NCBI GenBank assembly: GCA_045612025.1
Contig: JAZKYG010000020.1
Span: 1 to 60,399 of the forward strand
DNA: 60,399 nt
Reading direction: 5' to 3'
Source: Bacteroidales bacterium
GTDB lineage: Bacteria; Bacteroidota; Bacteroidia; Bacteroidales; F082
Both the position numbers and the translations under genes were made by a program. The notes beneath the pieces were generated by a model, which was given only the letters and a program-made list of their open reading frames with translations, was not told where the DNA came from and searched no databases. Of the stretch, positions 1 through 9,886 are shown in pieces (position 1 is the stretch's first letter; every line of letters begins with the position of its first letter).

Positions 1-1
1 C

Positions 2-1411
2 AAAGCAGAACAAGAACGTCTTGCAAAAGAGAAAGAACTACAAGAACAACTGGCACTTCTCGGCAACGACAGAATAGCAGATCCTAATATGTCGAGCCCA
101 ATGTCGCCAGGCGCAACAGCATCGTGGTATTTCTACAACCAGACATCTCTCACCCGCGGTGCAGCAGAATTTAGAAACAAATGGGGCAACAGAAATCTTG
201 AAGACTTCTGGTTCATCAGCAACAAAAGAAGCATGATGACAGAAGAGGAATCTCTTGAAGAAGACCTCCTTGAATATTTCTCAGAAGAAGAATTATCGAC
301 ACTTTCAGAAGAAGAAATCGAGAAACTTTTGGAAGAACGCAAAAACCAACCTGCCGATACAGCACAATACCAACCAACAGAAATTGGTTACTATCTGCAG
401 CAGTTGCCATTCTCAGAAAAACAAAAGAAAGAAGCTAACACACAGATTCTCAAAGCGTTAAACAACATTGGCTTCATCTATTACGACAATCTGAAAGACT
501 ATAACAACTCAATAGAGTCGTTCACAGAACTTAACGAACGTTATCCAGGAAACGAATATGAATTGTCGTCATGGTATTACCTCTATAAGATGCATAGCGC
601 ACAGAAGAATAACAGCGACGCCAATATTTACAAAGACAAGATACTTGCTAAATATCCAGATTCAAATCAGGCGAAGATCATCATCGACCCAGAATATTTC
701 GTAAAGGAAAAAGAAAAAGGACAAGAGTCATCGAATCTTTATGCCGAGACTTACGAAGCATATGAAAAAGGTCAGTATCAGAAAGTAAGATCCAATGTCA
801 TCAAGGCACGCACCATATGTCCTGAAGATACATTGCTGATGCCACGTTTTGAATTCCTCAACTCTATAGCTGTCGGCAAGATATATGTCGTTGACTCAAT
901 GGCATATTCATTATACCGTCTCGTACAAAAATATCCAACAAGCAGCATCAAGCCACATGCTTTGGATATTCTCTTGAAAGCAAACGAAATGTACAATCTC
1001 GGTCTTCCTATCGAAAGTGCACGTCAGAAAGAAAAAGAACCAGAAAAAGAATATCCATACACATATGACCCTAACGACAAATATTACGTGATGATCATAT
1101 GTAACACCAAGAATGTGAGAGTCAATCCATTGAAGGTTCGTCTCAACGACTTCAACAAGGATAGTTTCAGAATGATGCAACTTAACGTCAAGAACGTGAT
1201 GTTAGGCAAGCAAGAGGCTGTCATAACCATCGAAGAGTTTGACAATGAAGCAAAAGCAAACGACTATAAGACAGCGATGTTCTTGACAGATTATCTTTTC
1301 GGTGGAATGAAACAAGAACATTACAAGGTGCTTCTGATTTCGAAGAGCAATTATCCGATATTCTTCAACCACAAGAATGTCGATGAGTATATAGAATTCT
1401 TAAATAAATAA
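2..1411 (+). CDS. TPR-repeat protein, C-terminal part. The frame is open to the window edge, so it is 5' partial. Possibly a PorW/SprE-like T9SS lipoprotein.
   Basis: The frame of ORF 89..1411 has no stop back to nt 2 (KAEQERLAKEKELQEQ...). It has an acidic EEE-rich linker and TPR-like helices (YYDNLKDYNNSIESFTELNERYPGNEYELSSWYYLYKM). The PorW/SprE assignment is only a guess. Confidence 0.7.
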   Translation, partial: KAEQERLAKEKELQEQLALLGNDRIADPNMSSPMSPGATASWYFYNQTSLTRGAAEFRNKWGNRNLEDFWFISNKRSMMTEEESLEEDLLEYFSEEELSTLSEEEIEKLLEERKNQPADTAQYQPTEIGYYLQQLPFSEKQKKEANTQILKALNNIGFIYYDNLKDYNNSIESFTELNERYPGNEYELSSWYYLYKMHSAQKNNSDANIYKDKILAKYPDSNQAKIIIDPEYFVKEKEKGQESSNLYAETYEAYEKGQYQKVRSNVIKARTICPEDTLLMPRFEFLNSIAVGKIYVVDSMAYSLYRLVQKYPTSSIKPHALDILLKANEMYNLGLPIESARQKEKEPEKEYPYTYDPNDKYYVMIICNTKNVRVNPLKVRLNDFNKDSFRMMQLNVKNVMLGKQEAVITIEEFDNEAKANDYKTAMFLTDYLFGGMKQEHYKVLLISKSNYPIFFNHKNVDEYIEFLNK

Positions 1412-1413
1412 CA

Positions 1414-1791
1414 ATGATAAAAAACAATAGTATGAATAATGAAAGTCCAGCCAGAAACATTATAGGCAACGGAACTATAATAAAAGGTGAGATAGAATCC
1501 AATGGCGACATCAGAATTGATGGAAAAGTTTTAGGCATTTTAAAATCTACAGGCAAGATTGTCTTGGGACAAAATGGCATCATAGAAGGCGACATCTTCT
1601 GCAAACAAGCAGATTTGTCAGGCCAAGTGAAAGGAAAACTTATCGTCGACGAGTTAACATCTATGAAATCTACAGCACATTTCGAAGGTGAACTTAGCAC
1701 AAAACAACTTTACATTGAAATCGGCGCTAAGTTTATCGGCAGATGTGAAATGGGCAGCAACGAAGCTCCAAAAGTTGAGAACAAGAAATAA
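1414..1791 (+). CDS. Bactofilin (polymer-forming cytoskeletal protein)
   Basis: Typical bactofilin beta-helix repeats are present: IIGNGTIIKGEIESNGDIRIDGKVLGILKSTGKIVLGQNGIIEGDIFC. The start lies 2 nt after the upstream stop. Confidence 0.85.
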   Translation: MIKNNSMNNESPARNIIGNGTIIKGEIESNGDIRIDGKVLGILKSTGKIVLGQNGIIEGDIFCKQADLSGQVKGKLIVDELTSMKSTAHFEGELSTKQLYIEIGAKFIGRCEMGSNEAPKVENKK

Positions 1792-2168
1792 TGAAATCCA
1801 GACATACGATATTCTTTATTTCATTATTCAGTATTGTTGTTTTTACAATAGCACTGTCATTTGCTCTTAAAAATATCGCACCACAGATGATTTCGTCCTT
1901 GTGGCCATTTATGATACTGTTTTTCACTATAGAAAACATCTTAATATATTTTATGACTATCAAAGTGAAAAACAAAAATGACATCAACAAGACGACTAAT
2001 TTTCACATGATTACAACAATAGCCAAATTGTTTGTATGCCTCGCCATCATTGCGACTTATGCAATTATGTTTTCAGAAGATGCCAAGGCTTTTATTGTGT
2101 CATTCTTAGTATATTATCTGTGTTTTACATTTTTCGAAACCTTTGTGAAGATAAAAATTAATAATTAG
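1791..2168 (+). CDS. Small multi-pass membrane protein, function unknown
   Basis: 125 aa with 3-4 hydrophobic helices. Its ATG overlaps the bactofilin stop (TAATG). Confidence 0.6.
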   Translation: MKSRHTIFFISLFSIVVFTIALSFALKNIAPQMISSLWPFMILFFTIENILIYFMTIKVKNKNDINKTTNFHMITTIAKLFVCLAIIATYAIMFSEDAKAFIVSFLVYYLCFTFFETFVKIKINN

Positions 2169-2170
2169 TG

Positions 2171-2782
2171 ATGAATAACGAGATTATTGGTTATGAAAGG
2201 ATTGACAAATTCAATCCTGAGAAGTTAGAGAAGTTACAAGAACATTATGCAGCGATTTTAGAATTGCTTGGCGAAGACATTACAAGAGAAGGTCTTGAGA
2301 AGACACCTTTGCGCGTCGCCAAATCGATGCAGTTTTTGACACAAGGCTATACGATGGATCCAAAGGAGATTTTGCTTTCTGCAAAATTCAAGGAAGACTA
2401 TCGTCAGATGGTTGTGGTGAAGGACATTGAATTGTTTTCTTTGTGCGAGCATCACATGATACCATTCATCGGCAAGGCTCACGTCGCTTATATACCAAAC
2501 GGTTACATCACAGGATTAAGCAAGATTGCACGTGTTGTCGAAGCTTACTCACGTCGTCTTCAAGTACAGGAGCGTCTCACCACACAGATCAAGGAAGCCA
2601 TCAACGATGCCTTGCATCCATTGGGAGTGGCAGTCGTTATTGAGGCACGCCATTTGTGTATGAGCATGCGCGGCGTACAGAAACAAAGCTCTGTCACCAC
2701 TACATCAGACTTCACCGGCGCTTTCGAGAGAAGCGAGACAAGAGCCGAGTTCTTGCAGCTTATCGGATCGAACTTGCATTGA
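2171..2782 (+). CDS. folE: GTP cyclohydrolase I
   Basis: Carries [22 protein letters not shown] and the SMRGV motif. I prefer ATG 2171 to GTG 2168, which overlaps the upstream stop. Confidence 0.95.
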   Translation: MNNEIIGYERIDKFNPEKLEKLQEHYAAILELLGEDITREGLEKTPLRVAKSMQFLTQGYTMDPKEILLSAKFKEDYRQMVVVKDIELFSLCEHHMIPFIGKAHVAYIPNGYITGLSKIARVVEAYSRRLQVQERLTTQIKEAINDALHPLGVAVVIEARHLCMSMRGVQKQSSVTTTSDFTGAFERSETRAEFLQLIGSNLH

Positions 2783-2824
2783 TGACCCTTGAACTTTAAA
2801 CTTTAAACTATAAACTTTAAAAAT

Positions 2825-3556
2825 ATGTATCAATTCAACAACGACTACAACCAACAAGTGATGTCACAAGAGATGACAAAATCATTTGTTTCTAATGTAT
2901 TTTTATGGATGTTTGCAGCGCTCGGTTTGACAGCAGCTACTGCATTTTTATTCGGCACAAGCGAAAACCTGATGAGCATGCTGATTACAGTATCACCTGA
3001 AGGTTACGCTAAGACATCAATATTAGGCTGGATCGTGACATTCGCTCCTTTAATCATAGTGTTCACTATGTCAGCTGGCATCAATAGAATGTCAGTACAA
3101 AAGACAGTGTTATTATATGTCATCTATTCCATCTTGATGGGCATGAGCCTCAGCTTCATCTTCTGGGCTTACACAACAGCATCTATCTTCAAGACATTCA
3201 TCATTGCAGCTGGCATGTTCGGCGTGATGGCAGTATTAGGATACACAACAAGCACCGATTTGACAAAATTCGGTTCATTCCTTTTCATGGCTTTGATAGG
3301 CGTCATCATCGCTACATTAGTCAACTTCTTCATGCACAGCGCAAGATTAGACTATATCATCAGCATCGCTGGCGTGCTCATCTTCACAGGATTGACAGCC
3401 TTCGACGTACAGAAGATTAAACAAATAGGAAACGCAGGTATCAACGACGGCGATGTCATGGCAAAAATCACTATTCATGCAGCCTTGACACTCTACCTCG
3501 ACTTCTTGAACCTCTTCTTATATTTATTAAGATTCTTCGGCAACTCAAGAGATTGA
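2825..3556 (+). CDS. Bax inhibitor-1/YccA family membrane protein
   Basis: Seven hydrophobic helices and a C-terminal YLDFLNLFLYLLRFFG, which is typical of the BI-1/YccA family. Confidence 0.85.
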   Translation: MYQFNNDYNQQVMSQEMTKSFVSNVFLWMFAALGLTAATAFLFGTSENLMSMLITVSPEGYAKTSILGWIVTFAPLIIVFTMSAGINRMSVQKTVLLYVIYSILMGMSLSFIFWAYTTASIFKTFIIAAGMFGVMAVLGYTTSTDLTKFGSFLFMALIGVIIATLVNFFMHSARLDYIISIAGVLIFTGLTAFDVQKIKQIGNAGINDGDVMAKITIHAALTLYLDFLNLFLYLLRFFGNSRD

Positions 3557-3638
3557 TTCAATTCATAATTCATAATGCATAATTCATAATCAATTATACA
3601 TTGTGCATTGAATAAATATTAACTAAATTAAACTATAA

Positions 3639-4526
3639 ATGAAAGCTTACGTTTTTCCGGGACAAGGTGCCCAATTTGTTGGAATGGGAAAAGATCTTTA
3701 TGACAAATTCCCTAAGGCTAAGGATATGTTTAAAAAGGCTAACGACATCCTCGGATTCTCTATCACTGACATCATGTTCGAAGGAACAGCAGAGGACTTG
3801 AAACAGACAAAAGTCACACAGCCTGCTATCTTCCTTCATTCAGTTATTTTAGCCAAGATGTTAGGCGACACATTCAAACCTGACATGGTTGCTGGTCATT
3901 CTTTAGGTGAATTCTCAGCATTGGTTGCTAATAACACACTTCAGTTTGAAGACGGTTTGCGTCTTGTTGCAGCACGCGCCAACGCAATGCAGGCAGCTTG
4001 CGAAGAAAACCCTGGCACGATGGCAGCAGTTCTCGGTCTGGATAATGAGATAATAGAATCAATATGCGCTTCAATAAAAGACGAAGTAGTCATCGCTGCA
4101 AACTACAACTGTAACGGGCAAGTCGTTGTTTCAGGCAGCCTCAAAGGCGTTGAAAAAGCATGCGAACTGCTCAAAGAAGCAGGCGCAAAACGCGCACTTC
4201 CACTTCAAGTAGGCGGCGCATTCCACAGCCCTCTCATGGAACCAGCACGCGTCAAACTCGCAGAAGCAATCCAAAACACAAAATTCAGCCAAGGCATCTG
4301 CCCTATCTACCAAAACGTCACCGGTCAGGCTGTGACATCACCTGACATCATTAAAGCAAATCTCATCTCTCAGCTGACAGCTCCAGTACGCTGGACTCAG
4401 ACCATGGGTAATATGATTGCCAATGGCTTGACAGAGGTAGTTGAAGTAGGTCCTGGCACTGTATTACAAGGCTTATTCAAAAAAGCTGGTGTCGAACTTC
4501 AATTGTCAAGTGCAAATGTGGAATAA
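3639..4526 (+). CDS. fabD: Malonyl-CoA:ACP transacylase
   Basis: FPGQGAQ at the N-terminus, the GHSLGEFSAL active-site motif and GAFHSPLM. Confidence 0.95.
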   Translation: MKAYVFPGQGAQFVGMGKDLYDKFPKAKDMFKKANDILGFSITDIMFEGTAEDLKQTKVTQPAIFLHSVILAKMLGDTFKPDMVAGHSLGEFSALVANNTLQFEDGLRLVAARANAMQAACEENPGTMAAVLGLDNEIIESICASIKDEVVIAANYNCNGQVVVSGSLKGVEKACELLKEAGAKRALPLQVGGAFHSPLMEPARVKLAEAIQNTKFSQGICPIYQNVTGQAVTSPDIIKANLISQLTAPVRWTQTMGNMIANGLTEVVEVGPGTVLQGLFKKAGVELQLSSANVE

Positions 4527-4560
4527 AGAATGAACAATTGATAATGTTCAATCATTATAT

Positions 4561-4616
4561 AGAGGCGTATCCGTGATACATAACATAAACAAGCATCATT
4601 GATACGTCTCTTTTTT
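4561..4616 (+). terminator. Long-loop hairpin plus T-run downstream of fabD
   Basis: AGAGGCGTATCCGTGAT pairs with ATCATTGATACGTCTCT and is followed by TTTTTT. The right arm recurs at 43297..43313. Confidence 0.5.
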
Positions 4617-4639
4617 ATATCAACTACAAACTATAAGCT

Positions 4640-6232
4640 ATGAAAAAACAACCTCTGATGCCGTTAATATTTTCCATTATACTTGCTGTAGGCGTGATGT
4701 TCGGCATATATATAGCAAAATCTAATGGAATAGCCACTGCACCCAAAAACAGTGACGATCTTTCATATATCAACGATGTATTTTCTTTGATAGACAAAGA
4801 ATATGTCGATACTATAAACATCAAAGACCTTCAGATAAAAGCCGTCACTCATGTCCTTGAGTCGATGGATCCTCATAGCGAATATATCAAGCCTGAGGTA
4901 CTTGAAGAAGTCAACGACAACCTTCATGGCAGTTTCCACGGCATCGGAGTTTCATTCAGAATAGAGAAAGACACAATCACTATCATCAATACCATCAAAG
5001 GCGGTCCTTCTGAAAAAGTGGGAATACTCGCCGGCGACAGAATAGTGTATGTTGGTGACACCCTCGTCGCAGGAACGAAAGTCACAAACAAAGATGCGAT
5101 GCGTCTCCTCAAAGGTCCTAAGAAGACAAAGGTTGACGTCAAGATAAAACGTCGTGGCATTGATGAGCTGCTCGACTTCACCATCATCAGAGACGTGATA
5201 CCGACTCACAGCGTCGACGTGGCTTATATGATTGACGATAACATCGGTTTCATCAAGATGACAAAATTCTCTGCCACCACGCATAAGGAATTCGTCGAGG
5301 CAGTGAGAAAGCTTAAGTCGGAAGGCATGACACAGCTCATCCTAGACCTGAGAGACAACACCGGAGGTTATCTGGGAGAAGCAGTAGGCGTCGTTGATGA
5401 GATACTCACCGACAACAACTTAATCGTATATACCGAAGGTGAACATCGTGAGAGATCATATCTATTCTCACGTCACAGAGGCTTATGGGAAGACAAAGAT
5501 GTAGTCGTCCTCATCAATGAAGGTTCAGCCAGCGCAAGCGAGATCGTGGCAGGTGCTCTCCAAGATAACGACAGAGGCACCATCATCGGACGCCGTTCCT
5601 TCGGCAAAGGCCTAGTCCAAGAACAATTCGACCTTGGAGAAAACGGAGCATTACGTCTGACAGTAGCGCGCTACTACACCCCAACAGGTCGCTGCATACA
5701 AAAACCTTTCTCAGGTAATAAAGAAGAATATATGCTTGAAGAATACACACGTTATGCGACTGGTGAGATGTTTAATATCGACAGCATACACTTCGCCGAT
5801 TCGTTGAAATATATAACTCCTAAAGGTAAAGTAGTCTATGGCGGCGGTGGCATCATGCCTGACATTTATGTGCCTCTGGAAAACGACAGCACTCATTATT
5901 TCTTCAATAAGATGGCAAACAGCGGAATCTTGTTCCAATATGCTTTCGACTATGCCGACTCACACCGCAAGGAGATATTAAGTTATGGCAATGTTGAAAC
6001 ATTCAACGACAATTTCATCTTCACAGATGCTATGTTCAATGAATTGATGCGTCGTACAGAAGAAAAGAAAATCATCGGAAATGATGCCGATAAGGCTAAA
6101 GCCAGAGAACTCTCAGAACCATTGTTCAAGACATACGTGGCAAGAGACGTCTTCGGCGATGAAGCGTTTTATGTTCTTTACGAACCAATGGATGAGATAC
6201 TTCAGAAAGCCATTGAGGTGTTACAAGATTAA
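4640..6232 (+). CDS. Carboxy-terminal processing peptidase, family S41, with a PDZ domain
   Basis: N-terminal membrane anchor, a PDZ-like segment (GGPSEKVGILAGDRIVYVGD), and LDLRDNTGGY and GSASASEI motifs. Confidence 0.9.
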   Translation: MKKQPLMPLIFSIILAVGVMFGIYIAKSNGIATAPKNSDDLSYINDVFSLIDKEYVDTINIKDLQIKAVTHVLESMDPHSEYIKPEVLEEVNDNLHGSFHGIGVSFRIEKDTITIINTIKGGPSEKVGILAGDRIVYVGDTLVAGTKVTNKDAMRLLKGPKKTKVDVKIKRRGIDELLDFTIIRDVIPTHSVDVAYMIDDNIGFIKMTKFSATTHKEFVEAVRKLKSEGMTQLILDLRDNTGGYLGEAVGVVDEILTDNNLIVYTEGEHRERSYLFSRHRGLWEDKDVVVLINEGSASASEIVAGALQDNDRGTIIGRRSFGKGLVQEQFDLGENGALRLTVARYYTPTGRCIQKPFSGNKEEYMLEEYTRYATGEMFNIDSIHFADSLKYITPKGKVVYGGGGIMPDIYVPLENDSTHYFFNKMANSGILFQYAFDYADSHRKEILSYGNVETFNDNFIFTDAMFNELMRRTEEKKIIGNDADKAKARELSEPLFKTYVARDVFGDEAFYVLYEPMDEILQKAIEVLQD

Positions 6233-6315
6233 AATCTCAGAATCTCAGAACCTCAAAATCTCAGAAACTAGAATTTTGAGATTTTGAGGTTCTGAATTTT
6301 TGAATTCTAAAAAAA
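6233..6315. repeat. 8-nt period tandem array (AATCTCAG / AACCTCAA) followed by its inverted copy
   Basis: AATCTCAGAATCTCAGAACCTCAAAATCTCAGAAA is followed by the complementary array. The element fills the gap between the convergent protease and atpG genes. Confidence 0.9.
6245..6295. terminator. Bidirectional hairpin between convergent genes
   Basis: A perfect 19-bp stem (6245..6263 pairs with 6277..6295) with a 13-nt loop and A/T-rich flanks on both sides. Confidence 0.6.
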
Positions 6316-7197
6316 CTAAGATTCTTTCAAAGCATTCGCTCCGCTGATAATCTCAACGAGTTCGTTGGTGATAGCAGACTGACGTGCTTTGTTATACGAT
6401 ATATTAAGCTCTTTCAAGAGTTCTGTCGCATTGTCTGTCGCCTGTGTCATTGAAATCATACGAGCGCCTTGTTCTGAAGCGAAGCTATCCAACAATATCT
6501 TATAAACCTGTAGTTTAAGCGACTTCGGAATCATAACACTCAACAGTTCTTCCTTATTCGGTTGGTAAATATAATCAACCTCAGACTCGGACTGTTGTCT
6601 GTTGTCTGTTATCTGTTGACCAACAATTGGCAAAAACTGCTCCTTCACCAGCACCTGTGTCGCGGCGTTTTTAAACTGATTATATACAAATACTATCTTA
6701 TCGTATTTATTCTCATCGAAGTCTTTCATCAGACGCTCAGCAAAAGCAGCAGCGTTCTCGTATGTCAAGTCATCCAGCAAGACATTCTCGTTGCCGATGA
6801 CAGGATATTTCCTAAACTTAAGAGCATCTTCAACCTTAGAGCCGACACATAAAATGTCAACGCAATTATTATCAAATAATGTCTGATATTCGTCTTTGAT
6901 AAGGCTTATCGTCTCACGGATGACATTGGCGTTGAACGTACCACACAATCCCTTATTAGAAGATATCGAGACAATGAGAACCTTATTGGCCTTTGTCTGT
7001 TGTCTGTTGTCTGTTGTCTGTTGACCGTTTATCCTTTCAAGAATCTCGCTGAACTTCTCGGCATACGGGCGTAATGCCATGATGGCATTCTGCGACTTAC
7101 GCAGTTTGGATGCTGCCACCATCTTCATGGCACTCGTAATCTGCTTCGTCGAGTTGACAGATTCTATCCTCGTCCTGACTTCTTTTAAGTTGGCCAT
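6316..7197 (-). CDS. atpG: F-type ATP synthase gamma subunit
   Basis: MANLKEVRTRIESVNSTKQITSAMKMVAASKLRK, and NKARQSAITNELVEIISGA at the C-terminus. Confidence 0.95.
   Translation of the reverse strand: MANLKEVRTRIESVNSTKQITSAMKMVAASKLRKSQNAIMALRPYAEKFSEILERINGQQTTDNRQQTKANKVLIVSISSNKGLCGTFNANVIRETISLIKDEYQTLFDNNCVDILCVGSKVEDALKFRKYPVIGNENVLLDDLTYENAAAFAERLMKDFDENKYDKIVFVYNQFKNAATQVLVKEQFLPIVGQQITDNRQQSESEVDYIYQPNKEELLSVMIPKSLKLQVYKILLDSFASEQGARMISMTQATDNATELLKELNISYNKARQSAITNELVEIISGANALKES
6591..6620 (-). repeat. Heptamer tandem repeat (CAACAGA x4, degenerate) in frame inside atpG
   Basis: The coding strand GTCAACAGATAACAGACAACAGACAACAGT encodes GQQITDNRQQS. Confidence 0.9.
6994..7025 (-). 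repeat. Heptamer tandem repeat (CAACAGA x4.5) in frame inside atpG
   Basis: The coding strand GGTCAACAGACAACAGACAACAGACAACAGACA encodes GQQTTDNRQQT. Confidence 0.9.
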
Positions 7198-7202
7198 AAC
7201 TC

Positions 7203-8789
7203 TTAATTCTTCATTACGCTATCACATACTTCAGCAGCTACTTTTTTCAAGACCGCTACTATATCATCATCGAGCTGACCTTGTTTTATCCTGTTCATCA
7301 GGTCGGCATGACTGCTGTTGAGCGCTGAGATATAACTCTTTTCGAAATCTGCTATCTTATCTAAAGGCAGGCTTCTCATGAGGTTATTGACGCCACAGAA
7401 TATCATCGCCACTTCTTCTTCCACCTTCATCGGTGATGACTGAGGCTGGATGAGCATCTGTACGTTACGGCGGCCTTTATCCAATATCGCCTGTGTAGCA
7501 GCATCAAGGTCAGAACCGAATTTCGAGAAGGCCTCGAGTTCGCGGAACTGAGCCTGGTCTATCTTGAGAGTACCTGACACCTTCTTCATAGATTTTATCT
7601 GAGCCTTGCCGCCGACACGTGACACTGAGATACCCACGTTGATAGCAGGGCGTATACCAGCATTGAAGAGGTTAGTCTCAAGGAATATCTGACCGTCGGT
7701 GATAGAAATCACATTGGTTGGGATATATGCCGAGACGTCGCCAGCCTGTGTCTCGATGATAGGAAGAGCGGTGAGTGATCCGCCGCCTTTCACCTTGTCT
7801 TTAAGACATTCTGGAAGGTCGTTCATATTCTTAGCGATGTCGTCGTTAGCGACTATCTTCGCTGCGCGTTCAAGCAATCTTGAGTGGAGATAGAAGACGT
7901 CGCCAGGATAAGCCTCGCGTCCAGGTGGACGACGGAGAAGCAATGACACTTCGCGATATGCCACAGCCTGTTTGGAGAGGTCATCGTAGACCACCAAGGC
8001 AGGACGGCCGGTGTCGCGGAAGTATTCGCCTATGGCAGCTCCAGCGAAAGGTGCGTAATACTGCATAGCGGCAGTGTCGGATGCTGTAGCGGCGACAACG
8101 ACAGTATATGGGAGCGCGCCCTTGTCTTCCAAGGTCTGCACTATGTTAGCAATGGTTGAGCCTTTCTGTCCTACAGCGACATATATACAATAGACAGGTT
8201 CTCCCCTGTCGTAAAATTCTTTCTGATTTAAGATGGCATCGATGGCAATGGCAGTCTTGCCTGTCTGACGGTCTCCGATGATAAGCTCACGCTGACCACG
8301 TCCGATTGGAATCATGGCGTCGACAGCTTTGATACCTGTCTGAAGAGGTTCGCTCACAGGCTGACGGAAGATGACACCAGGAGCCTTACGTTCCAAAGGC
8401 ATCTCCAGAGTCTCGCCTTTGATGGCGCCCTTGCCGTCGATAGGATGACCAAGAGTGTTGACAACGCGACCTAACATACCTTCACCGACTTGTATAGAAG
8501 CGATACGATGTGTACATTTCACCACATCACCTTCCTTTATATCTGAAGCGTCATTCAAAAGAACGACACCGACATTATCTTGCTCAAGGTTCAAGACGAT
8601 GCCCATGGCACCTGTCTTCTCGAACTCGACCAACTCGCCTGACTCGGCATCGTTCATGCCATAAACACGAGCAACACCGTCGCCAATCTGAAGGACAGAG
8701 CCTTTAGTATCCAACTCGCCCTTGGTGTCGAAACCTGTCAGTTCCTGAAGCAAAATAGCTGATATCTCAGCAGGTTTTATATTTTCCAT
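7203..8789 (-). CDS. atpA: F-type ATP synthase alpha subunit
   Basis: Walker A motif GDRQTGKT, then [29 protein letters not shown]. Confidence 0.97.
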   Translation of the reverse strand: MENIKPAEISAILLQELTGFDTKGELDTKGSVLQIGDGVARVYGMNDAESGELVEFEKTGAMGIVLNLEQDNVGVVLLNDASDIKEGDVVKCTHRIASIQVGEGMLGRVVNTLGHPIDGKGAIKGETLEMPLERKAPGVIFRQPVSEPLQTGIKAVDAMIPIGRGQRELIIGDRQTGKTAIAIDAILNQKEFYDRGEPVYCIYVAVGQKGSTIANIVQTLEDKGALPYTVVVAATASDTAAMQYYAPFAGAAIGEYFRDTGRPALVVYDDLSKQAVAYREVSLLLRRPPGREAYPGDVFYLHSRLLERAAKIVANDDIAKNMNDLPECLKDKVKGGGSLTALPIIETQAGDVSAYIPTNVISITDGQIFLETNLFNAGIRPAINVGISVSRVGGKAQIKSMKKVSGTLKIDQAQFRELEAFSKFGSDLDAATQAILDKGRRNVQMLIQPQSSPMKVEEEVAMIFCGVNNLMRSLPLDKIADFEKSYISALNSSHADLMNRIKQGQLDDDIVAVLKKVAAEVCDSVMKN

Positions 8790-8812
8790 CGTATGTAGTT
8801 TTATTTCTTTTC

Positions 8813-9376
8813 TTAAAATCCTTTAACAAATAAATTCTCCTCAAAGACAGAATGCAGACGTTTCAAAGTACTTACCACACTAGCATCATATTCATAATCC
8901 ATATAATTGACTTTAAAACCTCCAATGATATTCTTGTCTATGACCTTCTCGACCTGAATAGCATCCTTATTGACAATCTTATGTCTCATGATATTGACGA
9001 TTCTGCCGATAGTATTCTCATCAAGATCAATGGCGGAAGTCACTGTCACGACAGCGATTTTCTTATATTCAAGATACATCTCATGATATTCATCATAGAT
9101 GTCATCGATGATCTCTTCGCGATTTTTTTCTATCAGAAGATTAACGAGATTCAATGTTATTACATCGACTCTGTCTTTGAATATCTTAGTTATGATATTA
9201 GTCTTATGAACCTTTGAGACAAAAGGCTGATGCACTAACAGATCCAGTTCCTTATTCTCTTTTAAGGTAGTCTTAACGAGAAGAAGGTCATCAAGGACCT
9301 TGTCGACGACATCATTCTGTATCGCCAACTCAAGGAAAGCCTTTGTATATCTATGTACTAAGATGTTAGGTTTCAT
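8813..9376 (-). CDS. atpH: F-type ATP synthase delta (OSCP) subunit
   Basis: Its position between atpF and atpA, its 187 aa size, and the N-terminal [10 protein letters not shown] and C-terminal GGFKV...YDASV pattern. Confidence 0.85.
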   Translation of the reverse strand: MKPNILVHRYTKAFLELAIQNDVVDKVLDDLLLVKTTLKENKELDLLVHQPFVSKVHKTNIITKIFKDRVDVITLNLVNLLIEKNREEIIDDIYDEYHEMYLEYKKIAVVTVTSAIDLDENTIGRIVNIMRHKIVNKDAIQVEKVIDKNIIGGFKVNYMDYEYDASVVSTLKRLHSVFEENLFVKGF

Positions 9377-9379
9377 AGC

Positions 9380-9886
9380 TTAATGTTTTTGGTCTCTATC
9401 TTCTATTTCCTGAAGCAGACGGTTGATATAATCCAACTGTTCTTTGTCGGACTCCAGAGCCTTGCCGATTATCTTCTCTGCCACTTTGATAGAGATGTCT
9501 GCTATCTGGTTTTTGATTTCCGTTGTAGCAGCCATTCTCTCATTTTCTATTATCTCTTTGGCATTTTCTATGATACGGTCTTTCTCTTCGTCGGCCTTAA
9601 TCTTAGCTTCTTCTATAAACTTATCTGATATCTGTTTAGCTTCATTAAGTATTTTATCACGTTCTTCGCGAGCCTGTTGAAGGAGAGCCTCGTTATCAAC
9701 TTGAAGCTGTTCCATCTCTTTATGAGTACGCTCTGCCAGTTCAAGGGCATTGGTGATTTCCTCTTCGCGTTTCTTCAACATTCCGTTTATGACAGGGAAC
9801 GCGAACTTCGCCAAGATAAAAAACACTATTCCGAATGCCAACGTCATCCAGAACAACAGACCAAAATCAGGAGTGATGAGTTCCAT
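9380..9886 (-). CDS. atpF: F-type ATP synthase subunit b
   Basis: A single N-terminal transmembrane helix (LLFWMTLAFGIVFFILAKFAF) followed by a long charged coiled coil. Confidence 0.9.
   Translation of the reverse strand: MELITPDFGLLFWMTLAFGIVFFILAKFAFPVINGMLKKREEEITNALELAERTHKEMEQLQVDNEALLQQAREERDKILNEAKQISDKFIEEAKIKADEEKDRIIENAKEIIENERMAATTEIKNQIADISIKVAEKIIGKALESDKEQLDYINRLLQEIEDRDQKH

Noticed and set aside
6233-6315. Regularly spaced short repeats here, and at 2792..2823, 39110..39185, 41397..41466 and 43206..43239, might be CRISPR arrays.
   Set aside because: The repeat period is only 7-8 nt and there are no unique spacers. The arrays are under 90 nt and often followed by their own inverted copy. 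No cas genes are present in the window.
6994-7025. The heptamer tract in atpG could be a slipped-strand phase-variation switch.
   Set aside because: atpG is expected to be essential or near-essential, the array is short (about 4 units), and one of the two copies is degenerate. Nothing in a single sequence shows length heterogeneity. I kept it only as a caveat under the atpG finding.
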